The notes below the pieces were generated by a model. The model searched no databases. It was not told the origin of the DNA and was given only the letters and a program-made list of their open reading frames with translations. A stretch of 61,806 bases of DNA, the filler included, from Choristocarpus tenellus KU-1152 (taxonomy: Eukaryota; Protista; Phaeophyceae), in the NCBI GenBank assembly GCA_964200185.2. It is 12 parts of 12 records of this genome, joined end to end, with 100 filler letters (N's around TTAATTAATTAA, not from the genome) between each part and the next. Parts side by side here need not be neighbours in the genome. Positions count along the whole stretch, not along the records: positions 10,852 to 17,272 come from CAXNAD020008176.1; positions 17,373 to 20,722 come from CAXNAD020020633.1; positions 20,823 to 27,737 come from CAXNAD020007072.1; 9 more parts are not named here. One strand, written 5' to 3'. This document shows positions 13,314-25,840 of the stretch, one piece after another. The position numbers and the translations under genes were made by a program. The stretch's first letter is position 1, and every line of letters starts with the position of its first letter.

Positions 13314-14487
13314 CTGCCAGGAGAGGAGGGAGGGCATGAAAACGTACATCTCTCATCAACATGTGATATGCTGTGTCCTCTCAGATTTCTCCTAACAAAC
13401 TCAAATAACTTAATAGAAGGGGTATCTAGCTTGTAGGAGCTGGAAGTGAGGTCTTATGTTGTGCTAAATGTAGGATTTTCTTAATGGGAAAAAAGTCCTG
13501 CATCACAGAGCGCTCGAGAGAGAGGACAACAGGTTTTCCTTGGCTCTACATAAATAAAATATGCATGCAATACTTTGAAGGTGATACATGGAACCCTAAA
13601 ACTTGTTTTTTCCCTACAGTGTAGGGTTTTCTAGTTATCATGCGGAATTAAATTAGTGCTCGCTGAATAAGTCTAAATCCTCCATCAGAAGCCATCTGAA
13701 CTGAGGTCCAAGGATTTGCTGAAAAAACATCAACAGTCACACCAACTTTGAAATCCCCATCTTTAGGTACCCTCGTTGAATGTTGATGAGATCAACCACC
13801 CCAACGACATAACACTCAATGCCAGAAGGGTTACATAGTACTCCCTTTAGGCAATACGAGAACTCCATGAATATTTACACAGACAGGGAGGCGCATTGGT
13901 AATTACATCCCTGAAGTCAAACCAGCTACATCTGGTCAAGCATATACAACACACCAAGTTACCTTTCTTGACTTGACAACATACCGTTCCATAGATTAAA
14001 TTCGGAACTATAAATTAAGGATTATCAGTCCTAAACATGCCCAAGAGAGTGGGCACTTAGAGAAATAAATTGAAGGTATGATGCCGAAAAGCACTGCATA
14101 CATCATACTCAATGGATAAGACATGCTGTTGGATGTGCGCAGTCTAGAGAGACCGCAACCCTTGCAACTTTCGAAATTCCAAATTGGTACTGTGCACTTG
14201 GGAGTACATATGGCAGTGTAACTGATTTCCACTTTATTGGACACCAACACGTTTCATGTGTAGGAGACGGGTGCATGCATCCCACAAAAGGCGTAGGTAT
14301 TCCATGCATTCAATGGGGCTTAGGGTCAGTTGGTCGAAAGGACTAGTCCTATTTGTGAAATGCAGGTTTTGCTCATTGCAACTACTGCAAAAACAGTGGG
14401 AAATGATGGTTTGTCTACCTCAATGCACACTCATAATATTCATATAGAGGTTGCCCAATGAAAGACATATCTCAATTTCCTTAAGTA

Positions 14488-14744
14488 GAGTCAAAGTATC
14501 TTAGAGGGTAAAGCCGCATCCATTTGGGGTCCAAAATACAATGTTGCGATCTTGATGAAATTTTGGCTATTGTGCTTGTTAGGAAGTGCCAATATCCTTG
14601 TTTCGGACACACATTTTCATAACGTATACATTTGATCTATCCCAGAAATTTAATAGTAGGTAAAATGTCCTAAAATATCATGGTAAGCCAAGCCCCAGAT
14701 GGACAAGTAGGAGAAAACCTGTACCCTCTACGATACTTTCAGAC
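14488..14744 (+). mobile_element. MITE family 2 copy (257 bp), TSD AGTA
   Basis: GAGTCAAAGTATCTTAGAGGGTA ... TACCCTCTACGATACTTTCAGAC, flanked by AGTA on both sides. Confidence 0.9.
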
Positions 14745-17041
14745 AGTAGTTGGTGTGCATCGATGATAGCTCCCTGCAACATGCAGAGGGCAGACTTTGT
14801 GTGTGCTTCTGCAGCATGAGATGAGAGTTTTAGGAGATTAGTCTACTCAGATCTCTGGACTGCCAATCCTTTATCATCGGGAAGAATATAAAAGCTGTCA
14901 CTATATTTAAAGGTTACACATATACTATTGCAGGTACACCTAACAATCAGAAATGATAGATTTTCTCTTGCAATTTCTCGAGTTACAAGAAAAATAAGGT
15001 TGGAAATGGGGTTAAGGCAAATACATTGAAGGTGGTTTGAGGTACCCAATATACGGGCCATTTTAGGCTCCATTTGGAGCATATGCTTCAGTCCCTTGAA
15101 GTAGGCTGGAGGCACTCAAAATGTGGTAAAATCTTCAACAGGATGATTCATCCCATGAAATAGATTGAATCAAAGCTGATATCCTAACGCATTGATCAAG
15201 CTATAACACCACCGTTGACTCAAAACACAGCTTGCAATAGGATACATAATCTGAACAAAGGTAGCGTTTTTGTTTATTGAGGTATTTTTTTGGTTTTCAT
15301 ATTACACTATTGGTTTACCTATTCACGGCGTGAACCTATGTCTTTAGAATGCTGATACACTCAGGGCTAGTAGAAAATTATTTTGGTAACTCAAATAGTT
15401 TTGGTTGAAAATTTTGAGCCATCAACCTGATGGTAAAACGAGTTTTTCACGTAGACAATGGCAGTGTTCCCTCCATCTTCCTCCTTAATTGCCCCGCAGC
15501 ATTCAACCAGGAACCCCCGCAAATATGTGCTCCAATCTCCTATATCAAACACTGGATCTTGATTTGACCCCCATCTCTGCACATTGCTCAGGTGTTTCAG
15601 GGCGCCCCCAGTCACTTGATGAGAGTTCTACCTCAACCTTTGTCGTTACCCAAGCGAACAAGTCTGGAAGACCGTATTTCCCAAGGAAGGTTGTGCATAG
15701 ATGTAGACCTCCATCTCCCCCAGCTGTGATTCAACGTGCTTGCACCTCCTATCCAAGTTCGCTTGAACGTTCCCTCTCGCAACCCCCAAGGTATTCAAGA
15801 TCTCCCCTTCCTCCTCCCAAATTTCCACAATGCAGGAAAGCTTGTCTTTTCCAACCGCCACTATTCGGTGGACAACCTCCATCACCTCACTTCGGATCGT
15901 TTGGTTCTTGATGATACTGTAGCACAGTTTTTGGTCAGCCTCCTCCTCTTGTTTTGCGGTATCCCCCCATCCTCTGCAGGCGACTCTGAGACCAGCCCTC
16001 TCAACCTCTTGCTATTGTTAATTGCCATCCTGGGACTCCTTGCTTTGGGTGGTGAAAACTCGAGATTGACTTTGATTTGCAATGTTAGGTTTGTTCACCT
16101 ATTCCTTTTCTCTTTTACAAAAAAAAATGTTCCTTGTTTCCCTTTCCCAACTTCAAAAAGTTGGACGGCGCACATGACTTGCTGAAAGATCCCCTGAGTT
16201 TTAATTGGGCGCCAACAGCTGGATATCCACAGACAAAGGTCAAATAATACATGGAGTTGAAGCTGAAGTCGTAAACTTTCACCCGATTATTGCGTCGGAA
16301 GTTAACACCATTGTAAGGTGATATATTTGCACTTACAGCTTACCGATTTGTCCAAATTTCGAAAAGCAGCGCTAGAAATAATAAATACATGGGATGTGCT
16401 TTCTCCAAATGATACACTAAGATATAAAATATGTACATACGTAGAATGCAGAAAAGCCTGTATGTGCTCTGTGTGATGAAATTCTCAAGGGAAGGATATG
16501 TATGAATGCCTGCCACAATGTTGGGACCCTCGCTTTTTGAGGTGATTTTCCCGCATGCTGTTAGCGTGTATGCAATAGAACGCAGATTCACTTGTTGACT
16601 GTGAGCCCTATGTGCATCTATGACTTATTTACTGCAAATACGCATGTGAAGGGGCGTGGACTTGTATATCTGACATCTTACCAAATGAAAGTGGAAGCAT
16701 GAAACGAAGTGGAGCTCTTCATTCATGTGCACTGTCAAGGTGCACAACCACAAAAATCTGTTCATGGACCAGACCACTTTCTGCAATACCAGAGCCCTAG
16801 AGCTCTACAATAGGACTCAACTTGACCTCAAGAGAAGAGTCTGACACATGCCAGTACGATTGAAGTCACCAAACATAAATTCAGCATGTACGACTATATT
16901 TTCTCAGTTACTGAGACTTTACGAATAAACCGGTGATATATGCAACACAACATCCTTCATCTTCACTCAACTATCTACTACCGAAATACAAGGTAAGAAC
17001 TTCAAAGACCATCAACTTGGACCGTAAGATGCACAACAACA

Positions 17042-17213
17042 GGCTTAAAGTATCTGGGGGAGGGGGGAAGGTCTACACAGGACATCCATTCGGACCCTGA
17101 CCAGGAAAAGTGCACTAACATTATCCACCTGATGCATGCAACCAAATCACACAAAAATCGAGACATGGAAAAATGGGCCCCGAATGGACAGCTGCCACCC
17201 TATACTTTGAGCC
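17042..17213 (+). mobile_element. MITE family 1 copy
   Basis: GGCTTAAAGTATCTGGGG ... TATACTTTGAGCC; internal sequence is homologous to the other copies. Confidence 0.8.
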
Positions 17214-17228
17214 ACACCAAAATCTTCT

Positions 17229-17272
17229 GGGTCAAAGTATCTTGGGGGGGGGTGGTTTGTGAGGGGGCGTCC
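17229..17272 (+). mobile_element. End of a third related TIR element (GGGTCAAAGTATCTTGGG...); the reverse-complement end is at 27838-27882
   Basis: GGGTCAAAGTATCTTGGGGGGGGGTGGTTTGTGAGGGGGCGTC is the reverse complement of GACGCCCCCTCACAAACCACCCCCCCTCCCAAGATACTTTGACCC. Both sit at contig ends. Confidence 0.7.
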
Positions 17273-19165
17273 NNNNNNNNNNNNNNNNNNNNNNNNNNNN
17301 NNNNNNNNNNNNNNNNTTAATTAATTAANNNNNNNNNNNNNNNNNNNNNNNNNNNNNNNNNNNNNNNNNNNNCCCCCAGATACTTTGGGTCACACGACGG
17401 ATCCAACACTTATGCACAAGGCCCATAGTCTTCTATGCGACGTATTTGGGTGCTGCATTAGATAGGTTCGGACTCGGAAAGAAAAAAAACGTGTCTACTG
17501 CGTGCCAAGAGCGTGACTCTGCCGTTCATTCTTGACAAATATGTTACGAAGTGCATTCTATGCCAGATTCACCTCGATCTGGTAGCCGAAGTCCGTCGCC
17601 ACCGTCTTCGCAACGAAAACGGTCGCCTCATCGCATCCCATTGCCTTTCCCTGAGGATTGACAACCTCAGCAAAACATCGCTGCGTCTATATTGGGACGA
17701 GGGTCTGCCCCAAGGCTTCCGGCAGGCAGGAAGGGCCTATCACGCGTTCTTGAACGAGAGACGTGGATACCTGCAACATCATGTGCATACATGTAACAGC
17801 CCAACCATGTGGTATTCAAGTGTTTGCCATGCGATAAGGTTACATCACGTACGTAGGGGTTATTCCGGCGTTGGTTCAAGATCTTGAGGTGTACCGCAGC
17901 GCATTTGGTTTTTCGTGTGGGGAAGGAAGACATTACGACGTACCGACACTCACACAAAAAGTCTTGGGGTCTCGCGATTTCCGTTTGTGGTGTGGGTCAC
18001 CACGTGCACTGTGTTAGCAACGTGTAAACATGGACAAGGAAACATCACTACCACAACCGCATGCCCGACACCTATCCATAGCGAACAAAGACAGACAATA
18101 AGTTGGAAAGAAATGGAAACAAGCCAGCACACCCTTATTACCTTCCACTTGCCGTCCTTGTAGACTCGGCTTAAGGGGTCTCTATCTTCTCTTTCACATC
18201 ATCCTTTGACGCCGCGTTGGACACGAACACCTCCACCCTCCTGCTCTGTTCAAGGGCCGTCTCCGTCACGTTGTGCCTCTCTGCGCTAAAGGAGACGACG
18301 GTGTCCCCAGAATTCATGTACCTATCATTGGAGGGCAGGTCGTAAATTATATCAAGGAGTACATTGTATTGCACACAGATTCATCATATGGCAACGTACG
18401 AGTAACGTACTGATTCAGGGCAACACACTCATGGTGCGGTTTGACGCGCAATGTACTGATTCAGGGAAACACACTTATGGTACAGTTTGACGCCCCTGAA
18501 CCGTCACCCAGCTTGTTGAGTTACTGTTTAATGATGATCTACACCCATACAAAAAAGGTCGTTGCTCCCATGAAGAAGGGCATGTGTGATGTAATTAACG
18601 AACCTGTTAACGAGGAAGTGGAGGGCCCACATGAGTATGTCCGTCGCAGCACCTTGGTACTCGACGTCACACATGGTTTGGAGCACCGGAAGAGATGGAT
18701 CAATCCCGTGACCAAAGATGTCGTCAACAGTGACTCGCTTGTTGCACGTGAACTCTGTCCCATCGTTGTGCGCGAAAAGAATCATGTCCTGGTGGCATCT
18801 GAGATGGTTATCAGTGACTGGGAGAGGGCGCGCCCCCCCCCCTCGTCTTGTGCATTATAAGCAGGGGACGGTCTTCCACAACCAAGCCCACGTTCTACGC
18901 CAAGGCGGGAGTGGGCGCATGGGTCTGGCATACGTCAAACTTGACAGTGACAGCAGGGGGGTCGTTGTTGAGCAAATGTTGGACACGACGAAGGTTGGGA
19001 AGGTGTGACGGGGATTGATAAGAAAGAGCTGCTGGTGGTATGTGCGGAATGGAAGGAATGGAAATGAAGAGTGAGGGCTGGGAGCTGCTTTATTTCATCT
19101 GGTCGGTCGGTGCCCAAAGAACCCAGATTTCTCTTTCCATTAATAATTGTGTTCTCAAAAATGCG

Positions 19166-20283
19166 AGTATCGAACAGTATACGATTTCATATTTAAAACA
19201 GATTGAGATTATCAGTTTTTTATTACCTTTTCGTTTCGGAACATTTCAGACGTATTAGATCAACGAAGTATGTGGTTTGTATTTGTATTTGTTAATATTA
19301 AGAATAGAATATGATTTGTATTGCATAAAAACCATAATGCACGTATTTTGCGGTTCATGGATTTCAGGTGGTCCGACAGATCGCCTGAAACTCAAAGTTC
19401 ACTTTTTGTCGACATTTGTATTTTATATATGTTATACAAATATCGAACAATATAGGATTTTGTATTTAAAACAATTAGAGGGTACCAGTTTTTTGTTACC
19501 TTTTAGTTTCGGAACATTGGAAACATGTAAGATCAATTAAGTATGCGCTTTGTATTTTTAAAAATTGAACTTACGGATATAATCGAATTTATAATTTATG
19601 AAAACCATAATGCACGTATTTTCCGGTTCATGGGTTTCGGGTGGTCCAACGGATCGCCCGAAACTCAAAGATCGCTTTTCGTCGACATTTGTACAAATGT
19701 CGAACAATATAAGATCTTGTATTTCAAACAATTAGAGTGTATCATTTTTTTGTGACCTTTTAGTTTCGGAACATTTGAACCGTACAAGATCAATTAAGTG
19801 TGTGCTTGTATTTAAAGAAATTGAAATTACGAATATAATCGAATTATTAATTTCAAAAAATCATAATGCACGTATTTTCCGGATCATGGATTTCAGGGTG
19901 GTCCGACGGATCGCCCGAAACTCAAACATCGTTCATATGCCCGGCTTCGAATTCAATTCTATCGTGCCCAAAACCGACTGTTGCCTGAAACCAGATTAGA
20001 ATCTAGTTTTTATTTCATCACAGCGAGAATAAACGCATTTTCCACAACACGGATCTCATTTTGGTCTGACGGGTCTCTTCAAACTCAAAAATCGCACTCC
20101 CGGCTTCGAATTTAATTCTATCGTGTCCAAGAACGACTGTTGCCTGAGACCAGATTAGAATCTAGTATTTATTTCATCACAGCGAGAATAAACGCATTTT
20201 CCAGAAAACGGATTTCATTTTGGTCCAACGAGTCTCTTCAAAGTCAAACATCATACGCCCGGCTTCGAATTCAATTCATTCCT
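19166..20283. repeat. AT-rich compound tandem array: three ~235-275 bp units followed by about two ~160 bp units, sharing a hairpin-related motif
   Basis: Long units start (A)TATCGAACA near 19166, 19440 and 19698. Short units start (G)CCCGGCTTCGAATT near 19939, 20099 and 20257. Confidence 0.9.
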
Positions 20284-20293
20284 AGACCTTTTC

Positions 20294-20722
20294 ATGGCCC
20301 AAGACTGCCTGTTGCCCGAAAACACTATGACAATTGCTCCCACAGCAAGGGGGTGGCTTTTGTCGCCTGTGCTGCGCCCTGCATTGCCCCCTCATCACCC
20401 CGCCAACAAAGATGCGCTGGAACTTTCTACCAATGACGCTTCAGCGACCGACGCCAAGCTTCGCCGAGATTGGGCTCAACCCATCCCGGTCAATGAACAG
20501 GGTGACTGCTGCAAGTGCTTAGCCTGTGTGAAGAAGTTCGCAGCAGATAGCGAGTCCTTCCTTGCCCGCATGTTGGCCAAAGAGCAGGACATCATCCAGG
20601 CATGTGAGAACCGCCGCGATCGCAAGCAATTCGTTGGTTACCGTGTACCTGTTATTAAGTTGGGGCCGGGAGGTGGATCTATGCTCGCGGCAGGCATTCC
20701 TGTTTGTACGCAGTTTTTCAAG
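20294..20722 (+). mobile_element. N-terminal part of a probable Sola-type DNA transposase, truncated by contig end
   Basis: The ORF has CCKCLACVKKF ... YRV ... IPVCTQFFK, resembling the Cys-rich C..C...C...F.....VC..FF region that precedes the DDD core in Sola transposases. The catalytic core is not in the window. Confidence 0.5.
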
Positions 20723-21218
20723 NNNNNNNNNNNNNNNNNNNNNNNNNNNNNNNNNNNNNNNNNNNNTTAATTAATTAANNNNNNNNNNNNNNNNNNNNNN
20801 NNNNNNNNNNNNNNNNNNNNNNAGGGATTCCAAAAAAGAGACCCCCGGTTCCAAATCGCGTCCCCCCCCCCCCCCTAGATACTTTGAGCCAATGCGTAAG
20901 CAAATATTTCAACAACTCCTGTGTTCTGGAGCTTCTGTCTCTGACAGGTTGCCAATCAGAAGTTGAAAGTGGTGTGGGTTCAACAGTAGCTGTTAGAGTA
21001 GATGCCAGTAGGGGGGGTAAGGATAGAGTGATTGGGGGAGAGTTGATCTAGGCTGAGTTGACCCTGGTGGAAATTAGAAACTGCTGCAAGCACATTGAGC
21101 TCCTCATCCGTTTTCTAAGCCAAAGACAAGATGGTAGAGAAGCAGAGGAAGGACATGGGGGCAAAAGATATGTAACAAAATGGTTTCCGTTCCTTCTTAA
21201 CCTGCATGCATGACTCAC

Positions 21219-24200
21219 TGCACACAAGGTGGCCAAGAACTTCTGTAGATCACTGAACGTGTAAGGGTAAGAATGGGCAAAGTAAACCACGGCCTCTTCC
21301 GCATCTCCCTCACCCCCTCCGTCCCCCTTCTTGTCATGCGCAGGATCCTCTGTACTTTCTGTTGCCTGTGACTCCCCTGTCACCCCAGGAGTTGCGGTTG
21401 TTGACTTCGTCCCTTCAAATGTGTAGGTGAATGTAAGAGTGTAAACCCCTCGCCTTTTTGTTCCCTTCATTCTTGTGGAGGCCTTCTGCCTGTAGTACCT
21501 AACCTGCAACAACAAAGGATGAGTAGCCAGCAATGTCTGGTATTTGTAGTACAGCACAGGGAACAGGGGTAAAAAGAATGATACATATTTCAAACCCTCA
21601 ACGCTCTTTCAATGGCAGTGCTGGTGCCAAAGAAAAGAGCAATAGAACCAAACCTTTGCATGGGAATGAGTGAGGACGAGAGTGCTTCGGGTGAGGGGGG
21701 ATATGCATTGTCAGCTCCAAGAGAGGGACAACGTTGCACATACCCTCGAATTTTGAAGTCTTGGTAAATTAGAACTGTCTTGTCTCTGCTGACCTATCTA
21801 TTGGACCAATGGCTTCTCCTCAGCTTGAGCAAAAGGTTTTGCGCCTTATCACATTTGTGAGGACCAGGTCAGTGTCGCCCACAATGCCAACAAGATCCCA
21901 ACCCTATCAAAGACACATGTGACCCGAAGAATTTAAGAGGGTAAGACCGAGCACATTCGGGGTTATAAATCCATTGTTGCGATTTGGATTAATTTTGACT
22001 ACCGTGTTTGATAGCAAGTGTCAATATCCTTGCTCCGGACACACCTTTCACAGTCGTATACATTTTAGGCAACTGTGTTCACACAGATAGACAAAAAGGA
22101 CATAAAAAAAACAGTGGGAAGCCCAGCCCTAAACGGAAACAGGGTAAATATCCTACCCTTATAAATGCTTTGACTCTGTACGGAAAGATTCACCACAACA
22201 ATGCCTGTGCTCGGCCTCTGCCATTCTATCCATTTCCACCATGTGCTCAATCCTCTCCCCCTATTTTGGGGGCCTTTTATCCTAGAGGGGTTTTAGAGCA
22301 GGTCATCTATTCTGGACTTGATGGAAACATCCAGTTTGATGCCCGCTTTGTAGGTGATTTTCCTTCAGGTTTGGTCCTTTCAAGGGGGATGGGAAAAAAG
22401 GTGCATCCAGATGAAGGAAATTGCCCTTGCATCTGACACGTTCATTCATATGACATGAAATCATTAGATGGTCACAAAGACCCCGAATGGGCGCCTGATC
22501 CCCCCTCTAGGATACTATGAGCCTTTATGTCTTTCCATAGATGGAGACAGTGACATTTAAAATTATTGTTTGAGATGTGCTTTGCCAACCCCCTTCCTGC
22601 AACGAATGAGTACAGTGAGAAAACCAAACAAAACAGTACCTCAAGGTAGAAATTAAGAACACTAACAATAGCATTCACTTCCTCAACAACATACTTCAAA
22701 TATCATGTGCATAGAATTGTTATTCGCAGATGATGACAAGTACTGCATGAATATAGAGAACAGTAAACTCGTTCTCGAGGAATACATCATGCACCCCAAA
22801 CCTCACATATCACACTTCTTAGATAGTACCATTCTATGCACCTTGCCATACACAGACCTTGAATTCTCATCATCCACGGCACATTGCCTTATATGCCCTC
22901 AACGCACTCCTGCACCCACTCCTCATGATCACAAAAGAAAATACCTTTGAACCTGCCCTGTGCCAACCTAGGCCACGCTCCCTTGCTGCTGCAACACTAA
23001 AGACCAGTGGTCTCATGCCACTGTTGTACAAGCTCTCGGGCTGTGGAGCAGGCATGAGCAGGATTGACAAGGTAAAGGGGAGTAGGAAGATGCAGAGGGG
23101 GCAGTGAATGCAAGGGTATGAACTAGGGACCATATGGGGGGAAAATACACAGGTTCTGGCTAGAGAGAAATAGAAGTGAACAAACAATACTGCTAATCTA
23201 CTTTGACCCTCGTTTCTTTAATAAGATTTGTCCTCAGGGTCCTCCAATACTGTTTGTGGCCCCTGAAAAATGCCTTACACCGGTCTACATTAAACTTGTT
23301 TGCAAAACAACACAGTCACGCCACTCTTGTCCTCAGAGTGGGTGACTTACGGCCACTTGTCAAGAACACGCTCACTGACTGTCAATGCAGTGTACTTGAG
23401 TACAATGGTAAGGAGACGGGAGAAGTGTGTATCATGAACAGGACCAAGTGAGTCAGCAGTCAGTTAAGCCAACTATGCCCTAGTAGGGGCAATCTATTTA
23501 GCCCCGCACAACTGAAAATTCTCAATGTTCAGCAATACATTTTCAGGTCGTATTGTCTGTGTATGAGAAAGCACAACAAAAAGTACTCCATTAACCCACA
23601 CCATATTTTGCCAGTCCAACGTTACTGTAGTGTCTTGTTGACTCTTCCATCATGAAATTTCTCAGTCTCTATGTCTAGCACCCTGGACAGCAAGCAGTAC
23701 CATTAGAAATAGGTCGCCATCTAGAGCATTGTTTGTGATTTCCTCTGACAGAGACATACTGCATATTACTGAGAGAAGAATATATCATATTCTGGGCATT
23801 GTCTAGTACTGCATATAGGGTTGAACACTTTTCTCACAGAATGACTAAAGGCAAGTCTTGAAAACAACATGTCTTCTGAAACCTCTGGCATCTGGAGAAT
23901 AGCATGTGAGCACTCTCCCTCGTATGAAACAGATGGGCTGATGGAGAGGATATACACACAAGCCCAACACACTGTGTGTCTGTGCCAGAGATAGCACCAT
24001 CTTCCCCCACCATCTTCCCCTATAACTTCGTGACTTTGCCTGAAGAGTAACAAACAGAGACCTTCCCATCCTAAAGACCTACAGCAAGTACTCAATAGGT
24101 TTTCTCCGACATCCACACTTCAGAAAAAGAACCCCTTTATTCATGTACATGAACAATTTGTCCTTCCTATTTGGTGCCAAACCTTTGCCCTGACTGCGCA

Positions 24201-25840
24201 GCCCGTATCTTGGGGCAAGTATATACCCATGTGATGCAAAGGCAGCAAAGTTAGAGCCAAACTCTGTCTCCTGTTACTCACCTTGCACAAATTGGTGATG
24301 TTGAACTTCACTGTCATACCAGGGGAAGCATTGGCAACCGAGAAGTAAAACCACTGATGACCATGATCTACCAGATGGTGCCGCCCATAGCCCTGAGGCG
24401 CCTGCTTTGTATTTATGGGAGGGATTCCTTCTGGCGGTGGCGGTGGGGGCCGGGTTGCAGGCCGGGTTGGGGGCTGAGGACCTACAACATCATCATGAAG
24501 GCTGAGGTCATACTCCTGGTAGCTGTCAGGATGTGGGCTGCCATGGCCACGATACACTCTAACAAGGAGACCCCGGTGAAAGGGGGAGAGGATAAGGTCA
24601 GAGGAGGGTAACAGAAGGAGAGAGGGTGGATGGAATGAGTGATAATATGTGACGCAGGAACTCAGTAGTCCAGATCACACGTACAACCAGTGCTTTACTT
24701 GAGTGTTCTCATGGCTCAGTGGCTCATGGATAGTGTTCTCTATGTTGATTGCAGGGGTTTGATCCCCCTCAACACCACATTCAAGGAAACATGATTTCAA
24801 TGATCCAAAGTAAACATGGCAAGCGCTCCACTTTGTACACCTGTACTATCCTCGGTTGCTATACCAAATGGGCACAGGAGATCAAGACTTGTGTGGAGAA
24901 GGTTTCATTGCTAGTGATGCCTAGGTGGGCCCAGGTAAAAAATTGTGGTAGGAGGCGGAATGATGGTGAGTAGGATGACTCAAACCACCGCAAAGAAAGC
25001 AACACTTGAACAATGGCAGTCTACTTAGTTGAAGTGCAACACTTTGTTGCAGTAGGTAATATGAAAGTAGCACAGACCGGGATAGTCCTCTCTTAGTGAC
25101 AAATAATATAATTATTATTACCACTACTACCTATAAATAAGTCTAAGTTATGCTTTTAATGCCCATTAACAATGTATTGCTACAAAGCTCCAGTGTCACA
25201 TGCATCCCAATGGAACCTTGGTCTGTACATCTATAGCATTGTTAACTGCTCGTCTTGTTGTGCCATATGACCAAACAGGCATTGCAATATTTTGTCGTGG
25301 CCTGGCCTACCCAGTACAGCACTTTAAAAAATTCAATATACAGTTAGACCATATATGATTAGGGAAATATTTCATAGCAGGCAATATGTAGGTCTAGAAG
25401 AGTTATCGGGGGTGATTGCTACAGAGAATCAAGTGGTACAACAATGTAAAAACGATAGATACCAGGGGGGAAGATGGAAGATGGGGGAGACTTTGAGGGG
25501 GTGGAACGGAAGGGAAAATTGTTTGAGGAATTGGAGGGATCTGTAGTGAAGTTTGAAGGTTGAGGGGATGATGTGGCAGAGAGATCAGTATGGAACATCT
25601 CTAATATGTAAGGGTCAATAAGTCTGCCATTTGAATGGAACCAGATAGAAGAGTTCGCATTTTAAGCACATCATGTATGGAGCTTGAACCATTGACCAAC
25701 CAGAGGATCATAAACTCTGTTACTACTCTTCTTCTGTTCATCGTGAAGAAAATGAGTCTTAAACCAGCCAGAGTGCTTTCCTCACCGTTGCGCCAGTTCA
25801 AGGTTGCCTCCCTCAAAATGAGAATTAAAGATCAGAGTAG
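21219..25840 (-). CDS. Partial cytosolic carboxypeptidase (M14D, CCP/AGBL/Nna1 family tubulin deglutamylase); exons 25840-25786, 24558-24282, 23040-22945, 21503-21219
   Basis: TLIFNSHFEGGNLELAQ(R)|VY...QEYDLSLHDD...HQWFYFSV...KFNITNLCK|PESLYNSGMRPLVFS...GWHRAGSK|VRYY...YTLTFTYTF...YFAHSYPYTFSDLQKFL. The FESGNL-like, WFYF and YPYTY-like CCP motifs are present and all four exon phases are compatible. Upstream exons near 26277-26710 could not be resolved. Confidence 0.9.
21920..22175 (+). mobile_element. Divergent MITE family 2-related copy in a CCP intron
   Basis: GACCCGAAGAATTTAAGAGGGTA ... TACCCTTATAAATGCTTTGACTC; internal sequence is alignable to 10399-10657. Confidence 0.7.
24703..24777 (+). 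pseudogene. tRNA-derived pseudogene or SINE head
   Basis: A-box TGGCTCAGTGG (24712-24722), T-arm AGGGG-TTTGATC-CCCCT (B-box-like), acceptor-like GTGTT/AACAC followed by CA. No credible anticodon arm. Confidence 0.45.

Noticed and set aside
13690-14000. Possible Penelope-like RT remnant (QVTFLDLT); also LHKPP...VRP at 60736-61053
   Set aside because: Only single short motifs in stop-ridden frames; a TBLASTN or HMM search is needed before calling them.
15391-16190. Broken minus-strand ORFs that may be a decayed retroelement ORF1/gag
   Set aside because: No recognisable motif.
19166-20283. CRISPR-like array
   Set aside because: The sequences between hairpins are homologous to each other rather than unique spacers, the units are 160-275 bp, no cas genes are present, and the context is eukaryotic.
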